A stretch of DNA of 64,000 nucleotides from Bacteroidales bacterium (GCA_041687035.1 JAWLCS010000008.1:12605-76604); one strand, 5' to 3'; shown: positions 16,836 to 26,225, counted from the first letter of the stretch. Notes: generated from the letters alone by a model not told the origin. Program-made: numbers and translations.

Positions 16836-19263
16836 CTATTCCTTTCCTTACTTCAACCATTATCGTATGCTGTGCATTGCCAAAGGCCAGCGGGGTCCAC
16901 TTATGGCTGGTGAGCACGTTCACATTGCCGCGGCGGTCAACACCGTCCTTGTCGGGCTCCCACCAGGCGCCCTGCGGTATGTTTACCACCCCTGGCATGA
17001 TCTTGTTAGTAAGGCGGCAGGGAATCATGATCTTTCCGCGCTCGTTGTATACCAGCACTTGGTCGCCGTCCTTGATCCCGCGCGGGCGGGCATCGATCGG
17101 GTTTAAAAATACCCTTTGCGGGAAGGCTTCTTCGAGCCAGTCGATGCCATCGTGCGTGGAGTGCACCCGTGGCATGTAGTGGTGGCCGAGGGCCTGCAGC
17201 GGATATTGTTGTGCTTCTTCCCCGAAAGGGCTTTCCCACTCCTGTATATATTTTGGCACTGCCGGTATGGTATCGGGCTTGCCCATGTCGAACAGGCGCT
17301 TGGAGAAGATCTCTACCTTGCCCGTAGGGGTGTTGAGCGGGTGTCTTTCTGGATCCTTGCGGAATTCAGTAAAGGCCACCTTCGGCTCGGTGATGGGGGT
17401 AGAATATACGCCCCGGTTCATTTCATGCAGCTTGTCGAGACTGGGAATGTCGGGGAAGCGGGTGTTCTGGTAGTATTTCACAGCCCATTCAACCCAGTCG
17501 CGCTCGGTGCGTCCCAGGGTGTACTCGTCGCGCAGGCCCAGCCTTTCGGCCAAGTCGGCACATATCTGGTAGTCGCTCTTTGTTTCGTGGGGCGGTTCGG
17601 CCACCTTGGGCATAAGGATCACTTCATCGCCGTACTTCCAGCCATCTTCCAGACCCCAGGTTTCGAACTGGGTGCAAACGGGCAGCACCAGGTCGGCAAA
17701 GCGGGCCGAAGGTGTCAGAAACTGATCCTGCACCGCAATGAACTCCACCAGGCTCTCATCTTCGAGGATCTTTGCCGAGCGGTTCACATCAGCATGCTGG
17801 TTTATGAGTATGTTCGATGCCACGCACCAAATGAGTTTTATGTTGTTTTCGAGCTTTTCGGCACCCCTGACACCATCTGCTTCCGTCATTTCCTTGCCGC
17901 GGAGCACCCCTTCGGTCCATAGGAATACCGGTATGGTGGCCCTCACGGGGTTACGCCCCACGGGGAAGACGTTCCAGAAGGGTCCGCCATCGTCGGCCTG
18001 CAGGGCAATGCCGCTGGCCCAGCCACCCGAAATGCCCACGTTGCCGGTGATGGCCGCCAGCACGCAGCCGCCAATCACGGGCTGCTCGCCGTAGGCGCGG
18101 CGCTGCATGCCATAGCCCTGGTAGAGCATGGCCGGCTTAGTGCTGCCGTAATCGCGGGCAATGCGCACAATGGTGTCGCGCGGTATGCCGGTTATGGCTT
18201 CGGCCCATTCGGGCGTCTTGGGCTGCCCGTCGCGCGTGCCAAAAATATAATCGTGGTAGCTCTCTTCGTTTTCGCAGCCGGCAGGCATCTGGCTGGCATC
18301 GAAGCCAACGCAGCAGCGGCTGATAAAATCCTTGTCGTGCAGGTCTTCAGAGATGATCACGTATGCCATCGCGCTCATCAGGGCCACGTCAGTACCTGGC
18401 CTGATGGGGATCCACTCGTCGGCCAGGGCGGTGGCGCTCATGCTCATGCGCGGGTCAATGCAAATAACCTTGGCTCCGTTTTCGCGGGCTTTTTTAATGA
18501 AAAACTCGCTGTTGGTGCCGTCGCGCATCTCGGCGGGGTTCCAGCCCCACATAATAATGTATTTCGAGTTGACCCAGTCCTGCCGCTGGTTGCCTGTAAC
18601 GCCTGTGCCGTAAACATAAGGCGTGGCAGCGCTGATGCAGGCCCAGCTGTAGCTGTTGTAAAATCCAAGCGAGCCGCCGAAGAGGTTCATCAGTCGGGCT
18701 GCCGTCTGCCGGCCGTTGGTTTGGTTGTAGCTGCCCGTTCCGTAGGGCACCAGTATGGCGTCGTTGCCGTATTGCTCTTTTACGCGTTGTAGCTGGCCGG
18801 CCATTATGTCGAGGGCTTCTTCCCAGCTTATGCGTTCGAACTTGGCTTCACCGCGTTTGCCCACGCGCTTCATGGGGTATTTGAGGCGGTCGGGATGGTA
18901 TTGGCGGCGGCGGTAGGCGCGGCCGCGAATGCAGGCGCGCAGTTGAGGGTCGCTGATGTCGTCGGTGGGGCGGTCGTCGGTTTCAATGCGCTTGATGATG
19001 CCGTCCTTCACGTGGAGCTTCAGCACGCAGCGCCCGCCGCAGTTGTGTGCGGGGCAGCCCACACGCATTATGGTGGTGCCATCCCTTTCGGGGATGCCTG
19101 TCAGGGCCACGGCGTCCTTGTCGTCGCGGCAGCCCAGCAAGCCGCCAAAGGCTGCCACGCCACCGGCAAACAGGGCGCTAAGTTTCACAAAGCAGCGGCG
19201 GTCCATACCCAGGGTGTCAGGGTCGGGGCCGGGCGCAGAATAATCCAACTGGTGTTCGAGCAT
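16831..19263 (-). CDS. Tat-exported bis-MGD molybdopterin oxidoreductase catalytic subunit (DmsA/DMSO-reductase family), substrate unknown
   Basis: 810 aa. Twin-arginine motif MDRRCFVKLSALFAGGVAAFGG, N-terminal Fe-S motif CPAHNCGGRC, and long similarity to anaerobic S-/N-oxide reductases. The real start could be the internal Met at about 19206, immediately before the RR motif. Confidence 0.9.
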   Translation of the reverse strand: MLEHQLDYSAPGPDPDTLGMDRRCFVKLSALFAGGVAAFGGLLGCRDDKDAVALTGIPERDGTTIMRVGCPAHNCGGRCVLKLHVKDGIIKRIETDDRPTDDISDPQLRACIRGRAYRRRQYHPDRLKYPMKRVGKRGEAKFERISWEEALDIMAGQLQRVKEQYGNDAILVPYGTGSYNQTNGRQTAARLMNLFGGSLGFYNSYSWACISAATPYVYGTGVTGNQRQDWVNSKYIIMWGWNPAEMRDGTNSEFFIKKARENGAKVICIDPRMSMSATALADEWIPIRPGTDVALMSAMAYVIISEDLHDKDFISRCCVGFDASQMPAGCENEESYHDYIFGTRDGQPKTPEWAEAITGIPRDTIVRIARDYGSTKPAMLYQGYGMQRRAYGEQPVIGGCVLAAITGNVGISGGWASGIALQADDGGPFWNVFPVGRNPVRATIPVFLWTEGVLRGKEMTEADGVRGAEKLENNIKLIWCVASNILINQHADVNRSAKILEDESLVEFIAVQDQFLTPSARFADLVLPVCTQFETWGLEDGWKYGDEVILMPKVAEPPHETKSDYQICADLAERLGLRDEYTLGRTERDWVEWAVKYYQNTRFPDIPSLDKLHEMNRGVYSTPITEPKVAFTEFRKDPERHPLNTPTGKVEIFSKRLFDMGKPDTIPAVPKYIQEWESPFGEEAQQYPLQALGHHYMPRVHSTHDGIDWLEEAFPQRVFLNPIDARPRGIKDGDQVLVYNERGKIMIPCRLTNKIMPGVVNIPQGAWWEPDKDGVDRRGNVNVLTSHKWTPLAFGNAQHTIMVEVRKGIG

Positions 19264-19292
19264 TGTTCAGAGAATTATAAAACTCGGTTCAG

Positions 19293-19300
19293 CAAAAATA
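19293..19300 (-). promoter_or_regulatory. Candidate -7 promoter box for the dmsABC-mobA operon
   Basis: The plus strand reads CAAAAATA, which is TATTTTTG on the minus strand and matches TAnnTTTG. It is about 30 nt upstream of the annotated ATG at 19263. Confidence 0.3.
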
Positions 19301-19404
19301 ACAATTCCCGGCGCTTCACGGTATGCGAAAATGCCCAGGCTGCTTATTTATAAACGATTTAAACAAGCCCGCATCCCCAAGGTACCCTAACTCAGATAAG
19401 GTCC

Positions 19405-19424
19405 TTTGAAATTTTAATTTCAAA
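19405..19424. promoter_or_regulatory. Perfect 8-bp inverted repeat upstream of the molybdoenzyme operon
   Basis: TTTGAAAT-TTTA-ATTTCAAA, about 145 nt upstream of the dmsA-like start. This is a possible dimeric regulator site. Confidence 0.3.
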
Positions 19425-19475
19425 CCAGAATAACACTAAGTTAAAACATAGTTCAAACGTATTTTTACGGTTTAT

Positions 19476-19494
19476 CTACGTGTTAACTACGTGT
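19476..19494. promoter_or_regulatory. Direct repeat CTACGTGT x2 with 11-nt period
   Basis: CTACGTGTtaaCTACGTGT is flanked by further CGTA/TACG motifs (CGTATTTTTACG at about 19458, AATACG at about 19497). The helical-turn spacing suggests a tandem regulator site. Confidence 0.3.
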
Positions 19495-19857
19495 AAAATA
19501 CGTTTTAACTTGGAAGATGAATGAGATCAGATCCGGATTTAATAACGTCAGGAAAATTCTATTTAACGGGAAGGTAGCTTTTTGACGATGCAGGCCTGTT
19601 TACCTTTGACGTTTCAGTGGCGAGGATTTTCCACTGTTAATTCCAAGTTGGAAATCAATTCCAGGAAAGATGCCCTGAATCTTTTCCAGCATGAAAACCA
19701 AGTCAATTAGTTTGAATAAACCAGTCAAAAGATGAGTCTTCTTTTTTTAGAATGAATATAAATTAATTCGGTTGGTCGAAAAAATCATGAGAATTAAGAA
19801 ATATTTCATTTCTTTGAATGGATATATTCCTAACTAGTGCTATTAAATTTTTCACCG

Positions 19858-20895
19858 ATGAAGCAAATTATTTTCAGTGCCTTAATAGTTGCATTGTTAG
19901 TTATTATTTTGGGCTGTAACCGGTCTCAAACCGGGGAAGTAACCATTAAGGGTCAATTTGTTGGAAACATTCCCGAACAGTTTGGGTATACCGTGCCTGT
20001 AAATGGGGTAGCATTTGATGGGTTTTTTGAAAAAGACACCCTTGACTCACTGGGCAGGTTTGAGATCCGTCTTGAAGTTGACAGACCTGCATTGCTGTAT
20101 TTCCGGTATCTGGATTCACCGCCTTTAATCATTGAACCAAACCAACATTATGACATAATCCTCAATCTAAGCGAAGATAGAAAATTATCAATTGAAGGGG
20201 ATTTAGGGATTGTGCAAAATTTCTTCAACGAACTTCCCCATGAAAATCCGATAACTTGCTTGTATTCTTTTGGAGAGGATGTTTCAAATTATAATGTAAT
20301 TTCTCATAGGCTAAAAAGTGAATTGGCCAAAGAGGAAAAGGCAATTCAAAGTTTATTTTTAGATGGAAAAATAACTGAAAACCTTAAGGAATTGTTAATT
20401 ACTGAAAGGATGTGTTATTATAAATCTGCCCTTGGAGTTTTGGCAGGAACCAATCGTTTTGCTTTTCTGAGAAACAATGAACCCATTCCGAATGATTTAA
20501 GCCAGATTTGGTATGAAGCACTGGATTTAGATGTTATTGAAAATGATTATTTATTACAATCTTATTATTCGTGGTTCTTGATTGAATTGAAGATTTGGCA
20601 AAATATATACACAAAATTTGATGTTGAGCAATTTACCCAGATTCGGGCAGAAAAAAGAAAAGCTAACCTGACTCACAGTCATAATGTTGAATTGGCCAAA
20701 GAATTCATTTCTGGTGATATTTTGGAATTTTATTTGGCTGGTTTGTTTTATCACCAAAAAATGAGACGTGAGATTGATGTGAACCTTCAAGCAATTTTTG
20801 AGCAATTCAAAACCGACTATCCCCAAAGCGCTTACACGCCTTTCCTGGAGCCATTGATTCAGGAGGTTACTGACTTTGTTGATAAGGGAGATTAA
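19858..20895 (+). CDS. Hypothetical lipoprotein
   Basis: The ORF-track start at 19837 is a GTG. The ATG at 19858 gives MKQIIFSALIVALLVIILGC with a lipobox Cys. I recognise no domain. The gene appears AT-rich by eye compared with its neighbours. Confidence 0.6.
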   Translation: MKQIIFSALIVALLVIILGCNRSQTGEVTIKGQFVGNIPEQFGYTVPVNGVAFDGFFEKDTLDSLGRFEIRLEVDRPALLYFRYLDSPPLIIEPNQHYDIILNLSEDRKLSIEGDLGIVQNFFNELPHENPITCLYSFGEDVSNYNVISHRLKSELAKEEKAIQSLFLDGKITENLKELLITERMCYYKSALGVLAGTNRFAFLRNNEPIPNDLSQIWYEALDLDVIENDYLLQSYYSWFLIELKIWQNIYTKFDVEQFTQIRAEKRKANLTHSHNVELAKEFISGDILEFYLAGLFYHQKMRREIDVNLQAIFEQFKTDYPQSAYTPFLEPLIQEVTDFVDKGD

Positions 20896-20936
20896 TTAGG
20901 TTTTTTTTCGCTTTCTCAATTACCCACTGCTATGGC

Positions 20937-21085
20937 GAGGCTGTCTCAAAAGTCAAATAAATTCAAATTGCCACTAAATCACCAAAACACTAAATAACAC
21001 AAAATATTGAATAACAGCTTTTTATTTTGTGATATTTTTGTGACTTCGTGTTTTTGTGGCTAAAATATACTTTTGAGAGGGCCTC
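20937..21085. repeat. Approximately 150-nt imperfect inverted repeat between convergent genes
   Basis: The termini GAGGCTGTCTCAAAAGT (20937-20953) and ACTTTTGAGAGGGCCTC (21069-21085) pair at 15 of 17 positions. The inner arms are built from A-rich octamers ending in CAC (GCCACTAAATCACCAAAACAC...) facing GTG-starting complements (...GTGACTTCGTGTTTTTGTGGC). Confidence 0.65.
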
Positions 21086-21121
21086 TGGGGGTCAATAAAC
21101 CTTGCCAGAATTGTTTAACTT

Positions 21122-21258
21122 GCCCTGTCAGGGCGAACAAAATCATTCTTTTTCCCGGGGCATTACCCCGGGCTAAATTGAATTGGGCTTTCAGCCCGGC
21201 CATCGTCCCGAAGGGACAACTTATTTAAGGCCATGGCATAGCGAAGCGACACCATGGG
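21122..21258. repeat. Hairpin-cluster repeat, copy B
   Basis: GCCCTGTCAGGGC, CCCGGGGCATTACCCCGGG, GGGCTTTCAGCCC, GTCCCGAAGGGAC and CCATGG-N15-CCATGG. The order and spacing match copy A. Confidence 0.7.
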
Positions 21259-21263
21259 AAAAT

Positions 21264-22781
21264 TCAAAATCCCCCCGTCTCCAGACTTTCCGAATTGCCC
21301 ATTTCAATGATACTCATGGTGAGCACTTTGATCACGTCGCGCATGATCTCCACTTCGATCTGGCGCATATCGTCTTCGGGCACGTGGTAAAGGGTGCGGG
21401 TGGTGGCACCGCGGGCACCAAAATGTATGGCCGGAATTTTCTCGTTCGAAAAAACGGCACCATCGGTACGCGGCCTGAATGAATGGGCCCAGGGGCTTGA
21501 ACGCGTCATCATGGGGCGGTGCACCCATTGCTCGTTGTTGCGCTCGAAATAAGGCAAAAGTTCTTTCCAGGGTTCGGAGGTGGCTGCAAAAAACGAATTG
21601 CCGCGCCCCACCATGTCGAGGTTGATCATGAATTTGATCTGTTCCCTGTTGTAAGGCCAGTTTTCGACGAACCAGGTGGAGCCCACCAATCCCACTTCTT
21701 CGGCGCCAAAAAGCAGTATGATCAGCGTCCTTTTCAGCTCGATGCCGGCTTCGGCCAGCGACTTGGCTACGCTCATGGCAATGACCGTGCCCGAGGCATT
21801 ATCGAGCGCACCGGGAAACAGCACCGGCATCATACCCAGGTGGTCGAGATGCGCACCAACGATCATGTATTCGTTCTTGAGCACGGGGTCGCTGCCTTCG
21901 ATCACGGCCACCACGTTGCTGGTCTTCCCATCAGGGAAAAATTCAGTGTTTACCGCCATGAAGGCTTGCTTGCCTGTGCTGAACGACTGCGGCTTTGTTT
22001 CGGCTTTGATCTGCTCGCGCACGGTTTTGAGTTCCTTGCCGGTTCCTGCCAGAAATTCTTCCACCACATGGTCGGCCACGCTCAGGTAAAGGAAACCAGG
22101 CAACACCGTCGGTCTTGGGTTGGCAGCCATGTATGCCATCAGCATTCCCTTTGCGCCTCGTTTGGCGGCATTTTCAATTTTATAATCGGTTTGGGCATAG
22201 GGGTACCACATGGCAAGGGTGTCGGCTGAAGTGCCGGTATAAGGTGAGCCCAGCTCCACGATCACGATCTTGCCCCGCACATCAATGCCGGCATATTCGT
22301 CATAGCCCATTTCGGAGGCTGAGATGCCATGCCCCACATACACCACTTCCGCTTCCAGCTCACCGCTGCCCGAAAGCCCACTAGGCCAATAGTCGGTGGC
22401 ATACTCAAAGGGTTTTGAGATTTTTCGCCTGCCAGTCCCCGTAACAAGCTGCAGGCTGCCTTTGTCCTTTATCAGTGTATATGGCTGCGGAAACTCCTGG
22501 AAGTAGGTTCCGAAGGGCACAAAAGGCTTCAGCCCCCAGCTTTCGAATTTGCCGGCCGCCCATTGTGCAGCCAGGTCGTATCCAACATCGCCGGCAAGGC
22601 GTCCGCGCATTTCGGGCGCAATAAGGGTGTGCATCCAGTCGGTAATGGTGGCTTCCGATACCCCGTGAAGGGCTTTGATCAGCGCGCCTTTGTCGTTCTG
22701 GCCATAGCCGGCCACCGGCTGGGCGTGAAGGGTGGCTGCAAAAAACAGCGAAATCAGCAGCAGAAAAAAACTTCTTTTCAT
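21264..22781 (-). CDS. Exported M28 family aminopeptidase with PA domain
   Basis: 505 aa with a signal peptide. The PA-like insert is VVYVGHGISASEMGYDEYAGIDVRGKIVIVE. M28 metal-site contexts are IVGAHLDHLG, LFGAEEVGLVGS and NLDMVG. Confidence 0.85.
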   Translation of the reverse strand: MKRSFFLLLISLFFAATLHAQPVAGYGQNDKGALIKALHGVSEATITDWMHTLIAPEMRGRLAGDVGYDLAAQWAAGKFESWGLKPFVPFGTYFQEFPQPYTLIKDKGSLQLVTGTGRRKISKPFEYATDYWPSGLSGSGELEAEVVYVGHGISASEMGYDEYAGIDVRGKIVIVELGSPYTGTSADTLAMWYPYAQTDYKIENAAKRGAKGMLMAYMAANPRPTVLPGFLYLSVADHVVEEFLAGTGKELKTVREQIKAETKPQSFSTGKQAFMAVNTEFFPDGKTSNVVAVIEGSDPVLKNEYMIVGAHLDHLGMMPVLFPGALDNASGTVIAMSVAKSLAEAGIELKRTLIILLFGAEEVGLVGSTWFVENWPYNREQIKFMINLDMVGRGNSFFAATSEPWKELLPYFERNNEQWVHRPMMTRSSPWAHSFRPRTDGAVFSNEKIPAIHFGARGATTRTLYHVPEDDMRQIEVEIMRDVIKVLTMSIIEMGNSESLETGGF

Positions 22782-22979
22782 GGCTTTATATGGTATATAA
22801 ATTTGTTAAATATGGTTTTTGATCATAACTATTCGACTTTCTTCAGTATAATAATATATTCCCGCTACAGCGGAATGCTTGTAAATACTGGTAAAAGGCT
22901 TCAAAACTAATAAATTCCGGCTACCATTCACAATTATTTTTTTTACATTAGCCCGATTATTCACAAAAAAAGTTCAACC

Positions 22980-25900
22980 ATGAAACGAGTAGTTTTTCTT
23001 TTTGCAATTTTGATTGGGATGTTTTCCCAGGCCTTTGCTTCGGGTACGCTTTTATTGCGTCAGCCCACGGTGAGCAACGACCACATTGTTTTTGTTTATG
23101 CCAACGACCTTTGGATCGTTGAGCGCGCTGGGGGCGAAGCGCGCCGCCTTACCAGCAACGAAGGGGCTGAAATGCTGCCCCACTTTTCGCCCGATGGACG
23201 CCATATTGCCTTCACGGCCCAATACGACGGCAACACCGATGTGTACCAGATGCCGGTTGAAGGCGGGCAGCCCAAGCGGCTTACCTGGCACCCCGGCGCC
23301 GACCAGGTGGCCGGATGGACCCCGGATGGGGAGCATATCCTTTTCTTTTCCTCACGGGAAGGGGTTCCCACCCGCGAAGCCAAGTTTTTCAAAATTCACA
23401 AAAATGGCGGCATGCCAGAAGCGCTTCCCATACCACGTGCAGTGGCGGGGCAAATCTCGCAGGATGGCAAATACATCGCCTACCAGGAAGTGGGCTTTGT
23501 GGATCCCGAGTGGCGCAACTACCGAGCCGGACAGGCCAACCCGATATGGATCGTGGACCTGAAAGACTTCTCGCTGATGGCCACTCCGCAAACTGACAAC
23601 GAACGCCACATGAAGCCTGTTTGGCTCAACAATGTGGTGTATTTTATTTCTGAGCGCGACTATGCCGCCAATATCTGGTCGTTCAACCCGGCCACACAAG
23701 TGCTGAAGCAAGAGACCTTCCATGCCGATTTTGATGTGAAAAACATCAACGGCGGGGGCGGTGTGATCGTGTATGAGCAGGCCGCCAGGCTGCATTTACT
23801 CAACCCGGCAACCAGCCAGATTACCACCCCTGAAATTCATGTCAGGGGCGACTTCCATTGGGCAAGGCCCCGCTGGCAGGACGTGAGCGCCACCGCGCTG
23901 CAGAATGCTTCCCTTTCGCCCACCGGTCTGCGCGCCCTTTTCGAATACCGCGGCGAGATATATACCGTGCCCAAAGAAAAAGGCGACTGGCGAAACATCA
24001 CCAACAGCCCCGGTGCCGCCGACCGTTTCCCGGTGTGGTCGCCCGACGGGCAGCAGATCGCCTGGTTTTCTGATGCCAGCGGCGAGTACCAGCTTTTTAT
24101 CGGCGATCAGCTCGGCATGTCCGCCCCCAAAGTGATCAATCTGCCCGAGCCTACCTTCTTTTTCCGTCCTGCCTGGTCGCCCGACGGAAAATTTATTGCC
24201 TATACTGACACCCACTACAATCTCTGGTATGTGGATGTGAATACCGGCAGGGCCATTAAGGTGGATACCGACCGCTTTGCCCATCCAAACCGCAGCCTGA
24301 ACCCGGTGTGGTCGCCCGACAGCAAGTGGCTGGCCTATGCACGACTGCTCGACAACCAGTTTAAAGCTATTTTCCTTCACAACATTGAAACAGGACAGCG
24401 CATTCAGTTGACCGATGGAATGGCCGACGCCATTACCCCGGTTTGGGATGCCGAAGGAAAATACCTTTACTTCCTTGCAAGTACCGATTATGGAATTAAC
24501 ACCGGCTGGCTCGATATGAGTTCATACAACAACCCGGTAACAAGGGCACTTTATGTTGCTGTGCTCAGCAAAGATGGCGCCTCCCCTTTCTTGCCGCTTA
24601 GCGACGAAGAAAAGGCCACAAGCACCGAGGAGAAAAATGACGAAAAGAAAGAAAACGGCGTGGTGGTGCGCATCGATGCCGATGGCATTCAGCAGCGCAT
24701 TGTTGCGGTTGACATCCCCGCGAAGAACTATGGCGGCCTGCTCGAAGGACCGGCAAACTATGTGTTTTATTTCGAGTCGGTTCAGGGACAGCCCGGTGCA
24801 ACCCTTCACCGCTACAACTTCAAGGACCGTAAGACTGAGTCATGGCTAACACCTGTGCAGGCAGCCAGCGTGTCGCACGATCGCAAGCAGTTGCTTTACC
24901 GCAGCGGCTCTGGCTGGGGCATTGTAGGCACGACCGAAGGCCCGAAAAAGCCCGGCGATGGCAAACTGGAGACCCTTTCGGGGATGAAGATGCGCATCGA
25001 GCCCAAGGAAGAATGGCAGCAGATGTTTAAGGAAGGTTGGCGACTGCAGCGCGACTTCCTTTATGTGGATAATATACATGGGGCTCCCTGGAATGATGTG
25101 TACAACTGGTACCACCCATGGGTTGACCACGTGCGCCATCGCACCGACCTGAACTATGTGATCGAGATCATGGGCGGCGAGGTGGCCATTGGCCACTCCT
25201 ACACGTTTGGCGGCGATATGCCTTCTGTTGACCAGGTGCCCGTGGGTTTGCTGGGCGCCGACTTTGTTATTGAAAACGGCCATTACCGTTTCAAAAAGAT
25301 CTACAACGGCGAAAGCTGGAACCCCGGTCTGCAGGCTCCGCTCGCACAGCCAGGAGCTGCAGTTAACGAGGGCGATTACCTGCTGGCTGTCAACGGCGTT
25401 ACGGTTGATGTTTCGCAAAACCTTTACAAGTATTTTGAGAATACATCAGGCAAGCAGGTGAAGCTGCGTGTGAACAGTCGTCCCGGCATGCAGGGCAGCC
25501 GCGAGATTGTCGTGGTTCCGGTTGCCAACGAAAACCAGCTTAGGCTGATGGATTGGGTTGAAGGCAACCGCCGCAAGGTGGATGAGCTTTCGGGCGGGAA
25601 GCTTGCCTATGTGTATGTGCCAAACACCAGCGGCCTGGGTTACACCTTCTTTAACCGCTATTACTTCGCACAGCAGCACAAGCGCGGTGCGGTAATCGAC
25701 GAGCGCAACAATGGCGGGGGCTCTGCTGCCGATTATATGGTCGACATTATGGCCCGCAGGCTCCACGGCTATTTCAACTCGAAGGCCGGCGACCGCAGGC
25801 CCTTTACCACACCCATGGCCGGCCTCTGGGGACCAAAGGTAATGATCATAAACGAGCGCGCCGGCTCGGGCGGCGACCTGCTGCCCTATATGTTCCGCAA

Positions 25901-26225
25901 GATGGAGATCGGCCCAATGGTTGGTACCACCACCTGGGGCGGACTCGTGGGCATCTGGGACACCCCGCCCTTTATTGATGGCGGCGTAATGATGGCGCCC
26001 CGTGGCGGCTTCTACGACACCGATGGCAACTGGGCCGTTGAGGCCGAAGGCGTGGCACCCGACATTAAGGTGCTTCAGACACCTGCTGATGTAATTCGTG
26101 GTCGCGATCCCCAGCTCGAACGCTCGGTGCAGGAAGCACTGAAACTCCTGGAAACAGAAGCCATTGAACTGAAGCCCGAACCTGCCCCGCCCGTAAGGTA
26201 CCGCAGGCCTGATCCACGAAACTAA
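22980..26225 (+). CDS. Exported tricorn protease homologue (beta-propellers, PDZ, S41-like C-terminal peptidase)
   Basis: 1081 aa with a signal peptide. The N-terminus LRQPTVSNDHIVFVYANDLWIV...FSPDGRHIAFTAQYDGNTDVY is typical of tricorn-like proteases. It has repeated WSPDG motifs and a C-terminal S41-like region (INERAGSGGDLLPYMF). Confidence 0.85.
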   Translation: MKRVVFLFAILIGMFSQAFASGTLLLRQPTVSNDHIVFVYANDLWIVERAGGEARRLTSNEGAEMLPHFSPDGRHIAFTAQYDGNTDVYQMPVEGGQPKRLTWHPGADQVAGWTPDGEHILFFSSREGVPTREAKFFKIHKNGGMPEALPIPRAVAGQISQDGKYIAYQEVGFVDPEWRNYRAGQANPIWIVDLKDFSLMATPQTDNERHMKPVWLNNVVYFISERDYAANIWSFNPATQVLKQETFHADFDVKNINGGGGVIVYEQAARLHLLNPATSQITTPEIHVRGDFHWARPRWQDVSATALQNASLSPTGLRALFEYRGEIYTVPKEKGDWRNITNSPGAADRFPVWSPDGQQIAWFSDASGEYQLFIGDQLGMSAPKVINLPEPTFFFRPAWSPDGKFIAYTDTHYNLWYVDVNTGRAIKVDTDRFAHPNRSLNPVWSPDSKWLAYARLLDNQFKAIFLHNIETGQRIQLTDGMADAITPVWDAEGKYLYFLASTDYGINTGWLDMSSYNNPVTRALYVAVLSKDGASPFLPLSDEEKATSTEEKNDEKKENGVVVRIDADGIQQRIVAVDIPAKNYGGLLEGPANYVFYFESVQGQPGATLHRYNFKDRKTESWLTPVQAASVSHDRKQLLYRSGSGWGIVGTTEGPKKPGDGKLETLSGMKMRIEPKEEWQQMFKEGWRLQRDFLYVDNIHGAPWNDVYNWYHPWVDHVRHRTDLNYVIEIMGGEVAIGHSYTFGGDMPSVDQVPVGLLGADFVIENGHYRFKKIYNGESWNPGLQAPLAQPGAAVNEGDYLLAVNGVTVDVSQNLYKYFENTSGKQVKLRVNSRPGMQGSREIVVVPVANENQLRLMDWVEGNRRKVDELSGGKLAYVYVPNTSGLGYTFFNRYYFAQQHKRGAVIDERNNGGGSAADYMVDIMARRLHGYFNSKAGDRRPFTTPMAGLWGPKVMIINERAGSGGDLLPYMFRKMEIGPMVGTTTWGGLVGIWDTPPFIDGGVMMAPRGGFYDTDGNWAVEAEGVAPDIKVLQTPADVIRGRDPQLERSVQEALKLLETEAIELKPEPAPPVRYRRPDPRN

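Noticed and set aside
17116-17922. 268-aa plus-strand ORF, with similar long antisense ORFs at 16125-16718, 18253-18792, 21519-22229, 23796-24380, 29147-29866, 40263-41105, 55109-55780 and 63247-63873
   Set aside because: All lie opposite genes with unambiguous family signatures. They show Arg/Gly/His/Ala-rich shadow-frame composition without motifs, so I treat them as non-coding.
19264-19500. Molybdenum-cofactor (Moco) riboswitch upstream of the dmsA-like gene
   Set aside because: I read the minus strand of the leader looking for the conserved Moco-motif helices and could not recognise them from memory. The best promoter candidate would also leave only a leader of about 25 nt. An Infernal scan with the Rfam Moco model would be decisive.
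21183-21482. 99-aa ORF (MGFQPGHRPEGTTYLRPWHSEATPWE...) and 83-aa ORF at 12719-12970 (...VPKGQLISAHDRAKRRHG...)
   Set aside because: Their N-terminal or central parts are simply translations of the hairpin-cluster repeats (GTCCCGAAGGGAC gives PEG/PKG; the CGAAGCG loop gives SEA/AKR). The rest overlaps the M28 gene antisense or the promoter region of the M15 gene. They are repeat-derived artefacts.
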